Shown here in pieces: positions 20,270-32,519 of a DNA stretch of 64,000 bases. This DNA is from Schmidtea polychroa (Eukaryota). Position 1 is the stretch's first letter. The number at the start of each line of letters is the position of its first letter. Below the pieces are notes generated by a model. That model made no database searches. It was not told the DNA's origin and saw nothing but the letters and a program-made list of their open reading frames with translations. The position numbers and the translations under genes were made by a program. The stretch is taken from positions 235,478,001 through 235,542,000 of the forward strand of contig CM097885.1 of NCBI GenBank assembly GCA_044892525.1. Reading direction: 5' to 3'.

Positions 20270-23200
20270 AATCATCCGACTGAATAAAATTCGAAAAGAA
20301 AACATCATTAGTTTAAATTAAACCTACAGATAAATTCCTGTATCATTGAATTTCGAAGAATTATCAAAATACGGGTGAGTATCCCCATTCTAAATTTAAT
20401 GTTTCATTGTGACAATTAATTAGTTATCGTGTTTTTAATTTATCGGAATTGTGATAAAACATTGTAGGTACGCATGTTTTCATCCGATTAGTTTTTACTT
20501 GACTTTAATCTGTTTCAAACATGCCTTGTCATTATGGCCTTTCACTAATGGATCTACATGTCAGGGGGATTACCTAATCTGTCACTAATCGACGAGAGCA
20601 GGATTTACCTAACTGGCGGATTTTTGGTATTGTGTCATCTGGTCGTAGACCTGCTGCTCACTCGCTATCATTCCTGTGGTACTCAGTTGTTGTGTCATTT
20701 ATGCATAACTCAACTATTCAACTTATCGCTGTCATCGGGCCTTTCACATGCTATTATCTGTTGACTCTCATATCAATTTGACTAACATAACAGTGCAGTT
20801 GGTATTCAATGTCTGTCATGTGTATTTTGGCCTATTCTACTCATGGGTAGTTTGATCCACATGTTTTTCTACGCTAACGCCGTTTTGCGTGTACGTATTG
20901 CGTTTACACCGAAAGCTTTTCGAATGACGTCCCTAAATCCACAGAAATTCCTCGTGACTTACGGCGACCTCACTATCTTACTAACAAACTAGCTATTATT
21001 GGAATGAAAATTTGAAGAGAAAACAATCTTCCAAAAAGGTAATTTTTAGTAAAATCTTGTTTTGATTAATAAATTTTAACATAAAATTAATATTTATTAA
21101 TTTAAAAATCTGTTTATCTTACAAAAACTTTTTAAATATTATTAAATAAAATTTTAACCAATCCTTTTCAATTAAACTAGAGAATATAATTATAATTGTA
21201 CATTGATAAAATATTATAAATATATATTTAAAGACAATAATAAGTATTATGTATTCGAATCAATTTGATAATGTGATTACCAAATCTAAATGTTTATTAA
21301 AGAATGCATTCCATGATTGTCATCCTAAAGGATTTCAAAATATAGATAAATATGAAAAGATTTCAATGTTAGGTGAAGGAACATATGGGGTTGTTTATAA
21401 GGCATACGACAAGTTCACTAAAAAAGTATATGCGATTAAAAAATTAAAACCCCTTGAAAATTTACAAAGTTTTCCCTTGTCTTCTTTAAATGAAGTGAAA
21501 ACTTTAAAATCAGTCACTCATGAAAACATTATTTGTTTGAAAGAAGTATGCCTTAAACAAAACATTGTAAACGGTTTCTTTGAATTTAATTATTTTTTAA
21601 TTTTTGAGTACTGTGAATATGATTTACTCAAATTATTAAACAATAGATGTGTTATACTTACTGTTGCAAATATTAAATCCATTATGGAGCAATGTTTGAA
21701 AGGTCTTCATCATTTACACAAGAAAGGTTACATGCATCGAGATATTAAATTAGAAAATATTTTGATAAACAGACACGGAGTAATTAAACTTGCAGATTTT
21801 GGAATGGTTGATTTAATAGAAAGATTTCAAAGTCAACCGCAATCAAAGCGAGTTGGGACATTAAAATACGCATCGCCTGAAATATTATTTGGCGAGACGA
21901 ACTATACACATTCCGTAGACATTTGGAGTTTAGGATGTGTATTTTATGAAATATTTGCGAAGGTTCATTTGTTTAACGGTAAAGATCTAACTAACCAATT
22001 GAATTTGATATTCAACTTGTGTGGAAATCCGGATCCAAATGATTGGCCAGAGAGATATACATGTTACCATAGTTCTAAATATAAATATTTTCAAGATATA
22101 AGTTGGTTAAGGTACATTTTAGAAGAAAATATAGGTGATAACGACTATGCCGATTTAATTGAAACTATGATCGTCCTTAATTCGGATAAACGAGCTACAA
22201 CTCAGGAATTATTAGCGGATCGGTTATTTTCATGCTATCCAAAACCTGAAAAGATTATTTTATATTAATAAAAATTTTGATTTTTGAATTTAATTATTAG
22301 TTTTAAATTGTTAATGCAAACTTTGTTTATTTACTCAATTTTATTTGTTTTAAACAATTGTGTGATTGCTAAAATGGTTGACATTGACACATATTTTTCA
22401 ATTCATATTAGAATCGTAGCACCAGTGGCGTAACTAGGGTAAATAGCGCCTATGGAAAATACCCATCTCTGACAATAGGTTACTCACGTTTTATTTTCTA
22501 AAAAACTACTTTAAAAAAAGCACACAAATTAAATCTATTAACACTTTATTACAAATTTATCTTTCTTGCTTTAGCTGACGCAAATTGTTAAATTTTGTTA
22601 TCAAAGTCAATTTCTTCGGTCATTTCTTGTTTTAAGTAAAAAGAGTAAAAAAAAACTTTGGCCCATCGATTTGCAATGCTATACTATACGCCTACTATAC
22701 GCCTATTGGGAAAAACTTTTTCTCCATACTGATAAAATTAAGTAATTGTTCGGGGCTTGATATTTTTTCTGTACGGCTTGTTAGCAGCGTTCTAAAATCC
22801 AAAATTTCTTCATATAATTCTTGCCCATTCATATCACAACTGTAGGCTTCTCCAAATTTTTCAAAAACGCTCTTTCGGCTTTAAAACACAATCCCTTCCA
22901 TATCAAGAAGAAATCCACATTTTTCATCATATTTTTAATTCATTGAATAGACGGTCGACAGCCCCTTTTATAACTCTTTCCATTTCTTCTTTAGCGATAA
23001 ACCAGCATCTCTCGATGTTTCGCCATCCATTCTTCTCTTTCTTCTGTGTCGTCTTTCAAATTCAATGTCCCATTCATTGCAAATAGGGTCCTGCAACCTC
23101 TTGAAGAAAAACCCTAGCAACGTTAGAAAGTCATATGTTAATATTCGATTATAGAGTCGCTTTTAGTTTCACTAGTTGCACTTTCATCGTCCATTATGTT

Positions 23201-24543
23201 ATGGAGAACTTCCATTATTTACTCGAGATATTTGTTAACAGGTTTTACAGATTCCGTTTATGCGCTCCATCTGGTATCGAAGTCCGACTTTAAAGCCACA
23301 GGTACAACAGCTTTGAGGTTTTCTCAACGCTGGTTTGAACGAGAGAAGAAAACATAGTGTACATCGATGGTTCCGAAAAAAGTAACTATCATTACTTCTT
23401 CTTTGGCTACATGGACGCTTACCAAATTAAGAGAATGATTATCACAATTCACAAATATAGCCATGTTGTTGTTTTTCTTGATTCGTTGATGAACACCAGT
23501 CTTGTGTCCAGGCATGACAGCATCATTATCAAAGCACTGCTACCTACAATCTTTTAAATTCATATTGTCTTTCTCTAACTGCTTCAATATTTCTTGAACC
23601 AAGCTTGCTGCGTCCTTATCGCTTATTGGGATAAAATCGAGAAATGATTCTTTAATCTGAACAGTTTTTTTCTCAAAATTTATATCAACATATCTTATTA
23701 CCTCAGACATTTGTTCACGATGAGCTTGATCAGGAGTCGAGTCAAACATTAGTCCATAACACTTTGCTTTACGTATTCTTTCTAGCAAACTATCACGAAT
23801 AGTAGATGCCATGATGTGAAAAAACTCGTTCTGTATTTTCGGTGAAAGATATGAAGTGGATCCAGGATGGCTCTCCACAAATCTTAGGTTTTCTTATACG
23901 ATAGTGTCAAAATTAGAAATTAGTTTCGACAAACCAAGTAAATTTCCTGTATTAAAATCTGAATGAAGTGACTCTCTGTGGCCTCGCAAAGTCAGGTTTT
24001 ATATCGCAAGTTATTTGATGCAATGTAAAAGTCTTTTCAAAATATCACATCAGCTCTGACTTTCTCTTTGAATTTGCTCTTGAAGTTCTTCATCAATAAT
24101 GCCTCAGTTGTTAAGTAAATTTCTTTCCATTTCTTTCCACTGAGTAAAGCAGTGTCGATGATTTTTGGAATTTTCATGAATACTCATTCTCTCAAGTGCT
24201 TTCCATTGCTTGAATCCGCTTTCTTTGCTCCAAACTAGATTGGTTATCGAACCGGTAGAAAAGAAGACAACAAATACAAAAGGCAGACTTTTTGGAAGGT
24301 GAATAAACTAACCATGAGCGCATCACTTGCTCACCAAGATCATTTCCTATTGTTTTAACTAAGTTTTGTTTCTTAGAACGATTGTTAGTAGGCAAAAAGG
24401 ACCCTCGCTGTTTTGAAAATACTTAGAACCCAGATTTATTATTTCTATTCTCAACGCATTAGTTACAATTGCCTTTCCCTATTCTTCACTAAACTTAAGA
24501 AGACCAATGTCGTGTAAAGTATTTAAGAATGATTATTGCTCGT
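20270..24543. repeat. Right arm of 4.27 kb inverted duplication
   Basis: Reverse complement of 13648-17921. Mismatches noticed only at left-arm positions 13685, 13760, 17807 and 17911. Confidence 0.95.
21249..22268 (+). CDS. Divergent intronless CDK-like kinase, copy 2 (protein identical to copy 1)
   Basis: Identical 339-aa translation within the mirror arm. Confidence 0.9.
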   Translation: MYSNQFDNVITKSKCLLKNAFHDCHPKGFQNIDKYEKISMLGEGTYGVVYKAYDKFTKKVYAIKKLKPLENLQSFPLSSLNEVKTLKSVTHENIICLKEVCLKQNIVNGFFEFNYFLIFEYCEYDLLKLLNNRCVILTVANIKSIMEQCLKGLHHLHKKGYMHRDIKLENILINRHGVIKLADFGMVDLIERFQSQPQSKRVGTLKYASPEILFGETNYTHSVDIWSLGCVFYEIFAKVHLFNGKDLTNQLNLIFNLCGNPDPNDWPERYTCYHSSKYKYFQDISWLRYILEENIGDNDYADLIETMIVLNSDKRATTQELLADRLFSCYPKPEKIILY

Positions 24544-24600
24544 ATTTATATGTAAAAGGAAATCTTGTGGCATTATACAATTAGAGTATTTAACAAAACA
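22423..24600 (-). pseudogene. Degenerate hAT transposon (mirror copy; right boundary approximate)
   Basis: TIR CAGTGGCGTA at 22423. Same transposase fragments on the minus strand, continuing past the point where the left copy is cut. Confidence 0.85.
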
Positions 24601-25692
24601 TTCTGTCTCAAGTAGTTAGACTTTAGATCCAATATTAATCGAAATTAGGCAAGTCTCCATCGAAATCAAATGATAGCATTTCTGCAAAAGCAAAAGACTT
24701 ACTCAATCAGTAAAAATCACTGAAAAGATCCGTGAATAAAATTATAGAAATGAGCGATAAAGGTAGATCGCTGGTCAATTTTCTGGTCTGAGACAAAAAA
24801 TAAATAAAGTGAAAGAAGTGAAGTAATTGAAATTAATGCAAAACCAAAAGCATCAAAGAAAAGAAAAGTTCTTTTGAGTAATATCAAATTCGTTTAGTCA
24901 ACTTACTCTAGATGGTCTTCCATATGGTTACCTGCCCATAGATCAAGTAAAAATATTAAAACTTCAGTTTGTAAAGTGTAATATCAATAAAAGTTACTAT
25001 CGTGGAGCCAGTTCTTTGATCAACAGCACGTGGAGTTAGATTCTCAAATATCCCACAGAATCATTTAAAACTAACTCAAATTTTGGTAAGCCCGGCGTAA
25101 TCTAAAGGTCGGTGGGGAAATATTTAATGATTAAAAAGTCAGTGGAAAATAAAGTGAATTGATTTGAAATTAGTAATAAGTGAAATTTTCGAAGTATTGA
25201 AAGAAAGCAGTGACTATACAAGCTGCCACAAACTTCCAAAATAGACGTTATCCTGTAGAATTCGTCGATTTTTTATGGCTGATTATTACATATACGCCAC
25301 ATCATATGGGTGGAGTCAATTGGTGATGGTTCAGACATTGCCGTTGTACCAAAAAAGAATTGATCGAGAGGCGTAGCAACAGATAGACAACATATTTCCC
25401 TTTTATTTTATAAATCTAAACAATATTTAAAATTAAATGACCATAATGACTTAATGCCAACAATTGTGTTAATTATAAATATATACAATAAAATTAATTA
25501 TAAGAAAAATGTATATGAATAAAGCTAAGTTGTAGAAAATTTCATCTCTTCATTTTAAATTGGTAGTTAGATATCTGTTTGTATAAATAATTTGGAATTG
25601 GCGGTTTTGCGAATTAATTAAAACTTGTTATTTAGAAATTCTTTGATTAAATATATATTGTTAGTTTCGAGATTTTTGCTGCAAATTTAAAG

Positions 25693-27000
25693 ATGGATCT
25701 AAAGATGGATTTAACTGGCGACCACGCCGAAAATCAAAATATCAACGCCATTTCAAAATCGACAAAATCGCTAATGGAATGCCTACCGAAATCATGCCAA
25801 GACATGCTCACATTGAACATCAGACGATATGATGGACGAGGTTTAAAAGAAGCCGAAGAATGGATCAGGGATATAGAAGAATGGTTGCTGACAAATGGAC
25901 AGCGATTGACAAGCACTTTCGATGTGTTATTAGTGGCAGAAGCAAAGACATTGTGGGGAAACGTCAGAGAAACAGAAACAACAGATGTAAAAGCCAAAGC
26001 GTGGTTCTTAAATACGTTCACAATTACAAAATCAATAACTGACAAAATCAGAGAATTGGCAGCTATGGAACAGGAAGATGATGAAAGGTTTGCAGCTTTT
26101 GAAATACGGCTAAGGAAAGCTTTAGCTGAAGTTATAAATTCGGGACGATCAGAAGAAGATATTGTTCAAGATCTCATCGCAAATAAAGCACGCGATGCGA
26201 GACTGAGAGAGATACTATTGACGAAACCAGAAACAAAAATTGAAGAAACGAGATCATTGGCGAAAATTTTTGAAAGTAACAAAAATGGAAACCATAAAAC
26301 AGAATTTATTAAAGCAATCGGTCAAAGAACATACGCTAGCGTGACTGAGGGAGGGAAGATGAGAATTCAAAAGAATACCCAAGATCCCATGCATACATCA
26401 TCACAAAGAAGACTACCAGAAGACCGATTTAGTCACCACAGATCAAGAAGAGACGAACATCCTATACGCGGACCAATACAATACGAAGGAAATAACCATG
26501 GTCGGCGAGAACAATCTCCAAGACAACAATTCTTGAGAAATGCGAGAATCCCGAATAGCTCAGAAAGGAAGCTGCCAACAATATCCATGAAGAATATTGC
26601 AAGGAGGCTGTACAATGAAAGTAGGGGACTACCACAAGCATCGGTCCCAAAATTAACGGTAGGTGATTGTTTTTGCTGTGGCGAAAGGGGACATAGAAGG
26701 TATGAGTGTCCACTGGGAAATAAATGTCTGATATGTGGCAAGGAAGGACACGGGTTCCGAGATTGTTTTTCGTTACGGAAAGATGTTCCACAACGATATC
26801 AAAGAATAGCGTGCATAGAAGAAGAAGATTCAAAATCTGAAACAAGAGATTACACCGAGAACAGCCAGGATTTCAGAATGGATCACAGCAATATGGAAGA
26901 TAGATACAATGTCCCTGAGAAATATACTATATTGAGAGAAGACGGAAAAAACATCAGCGACTCCATGGGTTTCATTTCGTCGGTGGAGTCAAGACAATAA
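25693..27000 (+). CDS. gag: Gag with two CCHC zinc knuckles
   Basis: CFCCGERGHRRYEC and CLICGKEGHGFRDC; position directly after the 5' LTR. Confidence 0.9.
   Translation: MDLKMDLTGDHAENQNINAISKSTKSLMECLPKSCQDMLTLNIRRYDGRGLKEAEEWIRDIEEWLLTNGQRLTSTFDVLLVAEAKTLWGNVRETETTDVKAKAWFLNTFTITKSITDKIRELAAMEQEDDERFAAFEIRLRKALAEVINSGRSEEDIVQDLIANKARDARLREILLTKPETKIEETRSLAKIFESNKNGNHKTEFIKAIGQRTYASVTEGGKMRIQKNTQDPMHTSSQRRLPEDRFSHHRSRRDEHPIRGPIQYEGNNHGRREQSPRQQFLRNARIPNSSERKLPTISMKNIARRLYNESRGLPQASVPKLTVGDCFCCGERGHRRYECPLGNKCLICGKEGHGFRDCFSLRKDVPQRYQRIACIEEEDSKSETRDYTENSQDFRMDHSNMEDRYNVPEKYTILREDGKNISDSMGFISSVESRQ
25716..25729 (+). promoter_or_regulatory. Primer-binding site, tRNA-Arg-like, overlapping the LTR by 1 nt
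   Basis: TGGCGACCACG is complementary to a tRNA 3' end ...CGTGGTCGCCA. It resembles the TGGCGACC PBS of 412/mdg1-type elements. Confidence 0.7.
26946..26990 (+). promoter_or_regulatory. -1 programmed ribosomal frameshift signal (gag-pol)
   Basis: A_AAA_AAC heptamer in the Gag frame (26946-26952), a 6-nt spacer, then stem GACTCCA/TGGAGTC. The pol frame is -1 and open from here to the protease. Confidence 0.8.
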
Positions 27001-30000
27001 ATTGTGAAATAGGAAATGAACAAAGAAGAGACGAGGCAGAAGAAGAGATGTACCAGACGAAAGATGGAAGAAATTGGAGTAAAATAATGTTGAATAATGC
27101 CGAAACAGAGATGTTATGGGATTCTGGAGCATCAGTAACAGTTATGAGCAAGAATTTGTGGGAGAAAATAGGCAAACCAGAACTTAAACGTTGTATGATA
27201 TTATTGTGCGAAGTTTTTTCAACTGGAGGTGAAGAAGCAATGGGATACATGACTATACCGGCCACGTGGAATCAGAAGACCAAAATGATCACAGTAGTAG
27301 TGGTAAAAGAGATCAAACCCGAATTCATAGGGGGCATTGATACAATGAAAGAGTTTGGAGTAAAGTTAATGAAAATCAATAATATAGAAACGTCATTGAT
27401 AAACAAAATTTACACTGATGAAGAAAGAATAAATAAAGCACTAGTGGCGATGGCAGGTGAGAATAATAAAGATATTGAAGGAATGATCAGGGAATTCGGC
27501 GGAATTTTTATGGCATCGAAATTCGATCTGGGATTTACAAACTTAGTTCGACATGAGATGCGGATAACAGGAGGCCCAATAATGCAACATCCTCGACGTC
27601 AACCAATGCACATGGAGAAAAAGATTGAAGAACTGATAAAAGAGTTAATGAAAGCAAATGTTATTCGGTGTTGCAAGAGTCCTTGGAATGCCCCGTTAGT
27701 GATAGTAGGGAAGAAAGATGGATCTATCAGGATGTGTGTAGATTATCGTGGATTAAATTCCATAACAGAAAAAGAGTCATTTCCGATGCCTAACACCAAA
27801 TTCTTACTAGACTGTCTCGCGAATGCAAAAAATATTTTCGTCAATCGATTTAGGTCAGGCGTATTATCAAGTGGAGTTAGCTCCAGAAATTCAAGAGATG
27901 ACTGCATTCAGTACAAGAGAAGGACAATTTTGCTTCAATAGACTACCATTTGGCTTAGCAACAGCTCCTGCGACATTCCAGAGACTGATGCACACAGTGC
28001 TAGAAGGAATGCTATTCAAGGGAGTAGTAGTTTATCTAGATGATATCTTGGTATATGGTAAAAGTCAAAAAGACCACGATGAGCTATTAAGGGAAATATT
28101 CAGAAGAATTCAAGTGGCAGGACTGAAGATAAATCCAGAAAAATGAAAATTCAATAAAACAGAATTGTGTTTCCTTGGTCACACAATTAACGAGAAGGGT
28201 ATCCAGACAAACAGGAAGAAAGTGGAAGAGATCGAGAAAGCAGAAGTACCAAAATGTTCAAAACAATTGAGATCGTTTCTCGGATTAACGAACTACTATA
28301 GAAGATTCATCAAAGACTATGCCAAAATCGCCGAACCATTATACGCTGCAACATCTGGATGCGATTAAGATATAAATTGGACTAAAGAATGCAATGAGAG
28401 CTTCCAAACTCTGAAGAGACGGTTGTGCGAAGCACCTATCCTTGATTTTCCAAGAGAAGATAGGACTTTTATCTTAGACACAGACGCTAGTTTTGGAGCC
28501 ATTGGTGCAGCTTTGAGTCAAATTACAGAAGATGGAGAAGAATCTGTCATAGCTTATGGCTCGAGACATATGTCATCACATGAAAAGGGATACTGTGTAA
28601 CCAGGAAAGAACTGCTCGCCGTACATGAATACGTCATGCATTTTAGAGAATATCTGTACGGAAAAAAATTCATAATTCGCACCGACCACAAGGCATTGGT
28701 TTTCATGAACACTACAAAAACGCCAATCAGTCCGCAGTTCCAAACATGGTTAGCTAACCTGTCGGAATATGATTTTGAACTAAAATATCGGAAAGGAGAA
28801 GAACACTCAAATGCAGATAGACTATCAAGATTAAAAAGTATGATTTGCACCCAGTGTCAAACAAGACATGAAGAAGCTAAGCAAGGAAAATCAAAGATTA
28901 GATATATATATACTATCCAAAGAACAGAAGCTATGGAAAAAGTATGGGAACAACAACAAAAGGACATTCGGTTTCAAGAGCTGCGAGAGATATTGGAAAA
29001 TGGATGTACACGGGAGAAAAAGAATTGTTTTCCTTTTAACGTAAAAAATACACGAATTGATGGAGGATTAATAACAGTAGAAAAGAACAAAAATATCTTA
29101 ATGTTAGTCCCAGAAACATTTGCAGGCCTGTTAACAACAACACTACATGAAGAACTATGTCACATTGGAGTTAAGAAATTATTTCATTATATGGAAAAGA
29201 TATTTTATTGGCCGAAAATGCAAGAAACAATCCAACTCTGTTTACGATGTTGCGAGATCTGCGCTAAGAGAAAGATCGATCAGACAAGAACCAAGGAAAC
29301 ATTTATTCCTAGATATAGCTCTGAATTCCTAGAACAGATTGTTTTAGATGTGGCTTACATGGAAATAAACGCCATGAAAAAATATATGGTAGTAATGGTG
29401 GACCGTTTTAGCAAACTGATTTCTTTAACTGCAATCACAAAGCAAGACGAAGGGACCATTTTCAAAACAATACTTAATAGTTGGATCTATCGATTTGGAA
29501 AACCGAAGAGCATTTTAACAGATAGAGGCCGAAATTTCGAAGGGAATTTCCTAAGACAGAAGCTACAGAAACTTGGAATTAAACAGGAATTCAGCTCACC
29601 TTATCAGCACCAATCAAATGGTTTAGCCGAAAGAGCCATACGAACGATAAGAGATCTTATTACAGCAACATTGGCAGGCGGATGTGAAGAGAGAAACTGG
29701 CACGAACTTCTACCCAGAATAGAGTTCACTATAAATAGCAGTCGACAAAGTGCTACAGGTTTATCACCATTTGAGATAATCTATGGACGGAGTGTTAACC
29801 TACACTCTAACCTGAAACAAGCCGAGATATCAAGAAGCGAAAGAATCGAAGACGCAAGATTTAATTCGAGTAAAGCCGCAGACACTATGAGAGCCATGGA
29901 TAAGACAAAGAGGGGCACTCGTGTTTTCGAGGTGGGGGAGGAGGTACTCGTACGTAAAGAGCCGCAGAACAGGCACAAGGATGGTATGCAATACGATGGC

Positions 30001-30108
30001 CCATATAAAATCGCCAGATTTCTATCACCTCATCGAGTCGAACTACATTCACAAGAAGGAACGAAAGAAAGAAGAATCGAGTGGCTGAAGAAGTGGAAAA
30101 ATTCTTAA
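26952..30108 (+). pseudogene. pol: pol (protease-RT-RNase H-integrase), disrupted
   Basis: WDSGAS, SPWNAPL..RMCVDYRGLN, YLDD, LDTDAS, TDRGRNF, QSNGLAER and GPY motifs. Frameshift in an A-run at ~27827-27832; stops at 28144-28146 and 28366-28368. Confidence 0.92.
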
Positions 30109-30518
30109 GAAGGGGAGAGTTAGATATCTGTTTGTATAAATAATTTGGAATTGGCGGTTTTGCGAATTAATTAAAACTTGTTATTTATAAATTCTTTGAT
30201 TAAATATATATTGTTAGTTTCGAGATTTTTGCTGCAAATTTAAAGATGGATTTAACTTTGGTTATTAGATTAAAATATGGCTTTCAATATTAAAAGAAAA
30301 ATCTATTAAACCAAATAATTATCACATATTTGCATGAAAATCTTTCTAGAAAAAAGTAATAATAAAAAAGTCATAAATTATATTTAAAATATTTCAAATT
30401 TTGTTTAAATAACTAATATGAAATACTAATTATGCTTTTAAACTATCGATTTTACTATGTCTAATGAAATCGTTTAAAACATGAATCTTGAAATTCTAAG
30501 TATGTTGAGTTTTATTTT

Positions 30519-30601
30519 AAGTTTTTATTTAAATTATGATTAATTTTTGGAAGTGCCGTCTGATTTGAATTATGATGCACAATTTCTTTTAATGAGAACT
30601 T
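30519..30601 (+). ncRNA. Possible third box C/D snoRNA (degenerate boxes, target unknown)
   Basis: ATGATTA (30536)...CTGA...ATGATGC...ATGA (30592-30595). Lies ~62 nt upstream of the AG at 30657, the same spacing as the two neighbours. Confidence 0.4.
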
Positions 30602-30746
30602 TTCGTTATAATTTTATACCGAAAATTTTATCTATTTTTATTATATATTTTTTATAGATGCAAATTCAAATGACGAAAATTGAAAACTTGATTTTATTTT
30701 CATAAATTTGTAAGTTTCATTTTGATTGAAATATAATTATTTCATT

Positions 30747-30809
30747 AATATGATGACCTTTACCGCCCCAGTCATAAAGGGATTTGATGAGTCGGTTTAT
30801 CTGAATATT
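30747..30809 (+). ncRNA. Box C/D snoRNA, SNORD31/snR67-like (LSU rRNA G 2'-O-methylation guide)
   Basis: C box ATGATGA at 30750. Guide TACCGCCCCAGT (30761-30772) is complementary to conserved LSU rRNA ACTGGGGCGGTA. C' TGATGA and D box CTGA at 30801-30804. Lies within a GT-AG intron (30710-30867). Confidence 0.8.
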
Positions 30810-30937
30810 TTTAAATGAAAAATAATATTAATCATACTTTTAAGTTTATTGATATTGTTAATTTTAGATCAGTCATTCAACAGCGAATCAATTGGGGAAA
30901 CGAAGACTTTAGGTGAGCTTTTTATTTTTATTTGATA

Positions 30938-31016
30938 AGAAATAGCTCTAATGATGAGCCTAGTAGGAATCTCTATGATATCTGATTCTATTTTTAAATA
31001 ACTGAACTCTATTTCT
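30938..31016 (+). ncRNA. Box C/D snoRNA, SNORD79-like (LSU rRNA A 2'-O-methylation guide)
   Basis: C box ATGATGA at 30951. Guide AGTAGGAATCTC is complementary to LSU GAGATTCCTACT. D' ATGA and D box CTGA at 31002-31005. 8-bp terminal stem AGAAATAG/CTATTTCT. Lies within intron 30913-31065. Confidence 0.78.
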
Positions 31017-32519
31017 GTTATTTAAGTAAACAAATATTTGTTATGATTTTAATTATTTTATTTAGGTAAATTACAACATCAAGAATTGGAGCATTTAATG
31101 AATATATTTTGAATTAATTTGATTTAGTTATTTTTTAATGAATTAATAATGTTTTATCTATTTTTATTACGAGTATGTTAATTTAATTTGAGTGGACTTT
31201 GTTAGCCATTGATAATCTATAAAATCAAAAGCAAACATTTAATTATTCAAATAATTGAATAGATAGATGTTAATAATCATTATATAATTTAAATATTAGT
31301 ATCCTTTTTCGGTTAATATTTCTCTTTCTATTGTAATAGAAATGAATAAGAGGCAGCTTTAATATAGGGAACAGAAATAAAAAAGAAAAACGAGTTAACT
31401 TATTTTATAAGTAGTTTAAATTTGACTAGTTTAAAGGTAGTAAATAATAGGTTAATTAAAATAATTCAATAAAAGAAATAATTAATTTTGTTATTTTAGT
31501 AACATGAAATAAATAAAAATATGCTTAAGGATAATGTGATCGATTATAAAATTTTCCCTATTCCTCGACATCCGTTGAATGAATAACGTTAGTAAAAAGT
31601 GTTCTCACTTCCTATGGTCCCTTGAACTATTGATGTAATGTATCTAATTTACTTTACAGTCTCTAATTAAAATTGTAAGAAAATTATACCTTTTCACAAA
31701 CATAATTTGTTTCAAACTTATTGAATTTATATATATCCTTTTTTCCCTATCTCAGGCTAGTCATTTAAACATACATAAAAATTTCTTAAGCGTCCTCATT
31801 AATTATGATTCAAATAGTATAAAAGTTTTATAAATTACTTTTGTCCCTATTTTTCTTAGAAACCAAATTAATTTTTTTGCTGAGACCTATTTATCAGTCG
31901 AAAACCCTATTTATAAAATCCCTTACTATATTGCACCATAAAAATAGTTCGCTTCCATATTTAATTACAGAAGTAATCATTTGTAACAACGAACCACAGT
32001 AAAAATTACTAATCAACATATACTACCGATGACTAATCCTAAACTACTGTCAGATGAGATAAATAAATCTCGTATAATAATCAACAAAAATTAATTTTTT
32101 GTCAATCTAACTTATATAAAATAAACTGATTCAACGAATATTCATTATTCTCTTATTCTTTCCCTTTAGAAATATACGGGTTGAGTATTTCTTTAATATC
32201 AGTTTATTCAAAAATGCATGTAATTTCATCAGATAACAATTTCTGAGTTTCCTACTTTGAATTTACTACTATTTTGTTAGTTTCCTTACTCCAAAAACAG
32301 CAGGTGTCCATACTTTTTAGAGATTTTTCTTTTTTTTCTTTTTTGATTCTTAAAGCCCTTAAAATTCTTGAATTGAACTCTTGGTATTATTAAGAAGTTG
32401 ATGATAAAATGACGTTTATTGCAGATAATACAATTGAAGTAAGTAAATGCAGTGTGACCAAGACTATGATTATTTCAACCAACTAACTACACATGGTATA
32501 CTACTTCTCCGCAGACTAT

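Larger units (their letters stand above)
25565..30257 (+). mobile_element. Full-length Ty3/Gypsy LTR retrotransposon with very short LTRs, inactivated
   Basis: LTRs at 25565-25716 and 30118-30257 (AGTTAG...TTAACT). 5-bp TSD TTGGT on both sides (25560-25564, 30258-30262). PBS TGGCGACCACG at 25716. PPT AAGAAGGGGAG. Gag followed by PR-RT-RH-IN. Confidence 0.95.
30500..31100 (+). ncRNA. Short-exon snoRNA host transcript (GAS5/UHG-like architecture; extent uncertain)
   Basis: Exons 30658-30709 and 30868-30912 flanked by TAG/GTAAGT and TAG/GTGAGC; next acceptor at 31065. ~155-nt introns each hold a C/D snoRNA, and there is no long ORF. Confidence 0.55.
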
